DNA of 63,630 nucleotides, filler included, from Chiloscyllium plagiosum (taxonomy: Eukaryota): the NCBI RefSeq assembly GCF_004010195.1. It is 6 parts of one record of this genome, joined end to end, with 100 filler letters (N's around TTAATTAATTAA, not from the genome) between each part and the next. Parts side by side here need not be neighbours in the genome. Positions count along the whole stretch, not along the records: positions 60,043 to 63,630 come from NC_057717.1; 5 more parts are not named here. One strand, 5' to 3'. The translations under genes were made by a program, and so were the position numbers. The notes beneath the pieces are model-generated. The model searched no databases. It saw only the letters and a program-made list of their open reading frames with translations, and was not told the DNA's origin. Shown piece after piece: positions 63,586 through 63,630 of this stretch; positions within the stretch are counted from its first letter, which is position 1, and each line of letters begins with the position of its first letter.

Positions 63586-63630
63586 GCCTAACCGTTCCGT
63601 CACCACGCCTAACCCCGCCCCCAAGCTGAT

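Overview
Repeat-dense eukaryotic DNA, very probably from a shark or other cartilaginous fish (HE1-type tRNA-derived SINEs, CR1, Rex1/Babar, Tx1, Penelope, fish-type epsilon-like endogenous retroviruses). It has several N gaps, five of them joined by an artificial TTAATTAATTAA linker. I can support no intact host gene. The main content is as follows. (1) A decayed + strand gag-pol-env ERV (~29.2-46.1 kb), split inside gag by an env-less, LTR-flanked ERV on the - strand (31735-37239), a Penelope-derived insert and a CR1. (2) A Gmr1-type LTR retrotransposon remnant with integrase upstream of RT (~24.8-27.2 kb). (3) An apparently full-length Rex1/Babar LINE with a 10-bp TSD. (4) A decayed Tx1/L1 ORF2. 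(5) Tiny Penelope-derived elements carrying minimal hammerhead-ribozyme motifs and 14-15 bp TSDs; one has captured an inverted copy of neighbouring gag DNA. (6) A near-perfect nested fold-back structure at 49.1-49.9 kb. (7) An inverted paralog of the CR1/ERV-gag junction at 58-60 kb. All calls come from manual reading and motif recognition; no database searches were run, and identity values are visual estimates.
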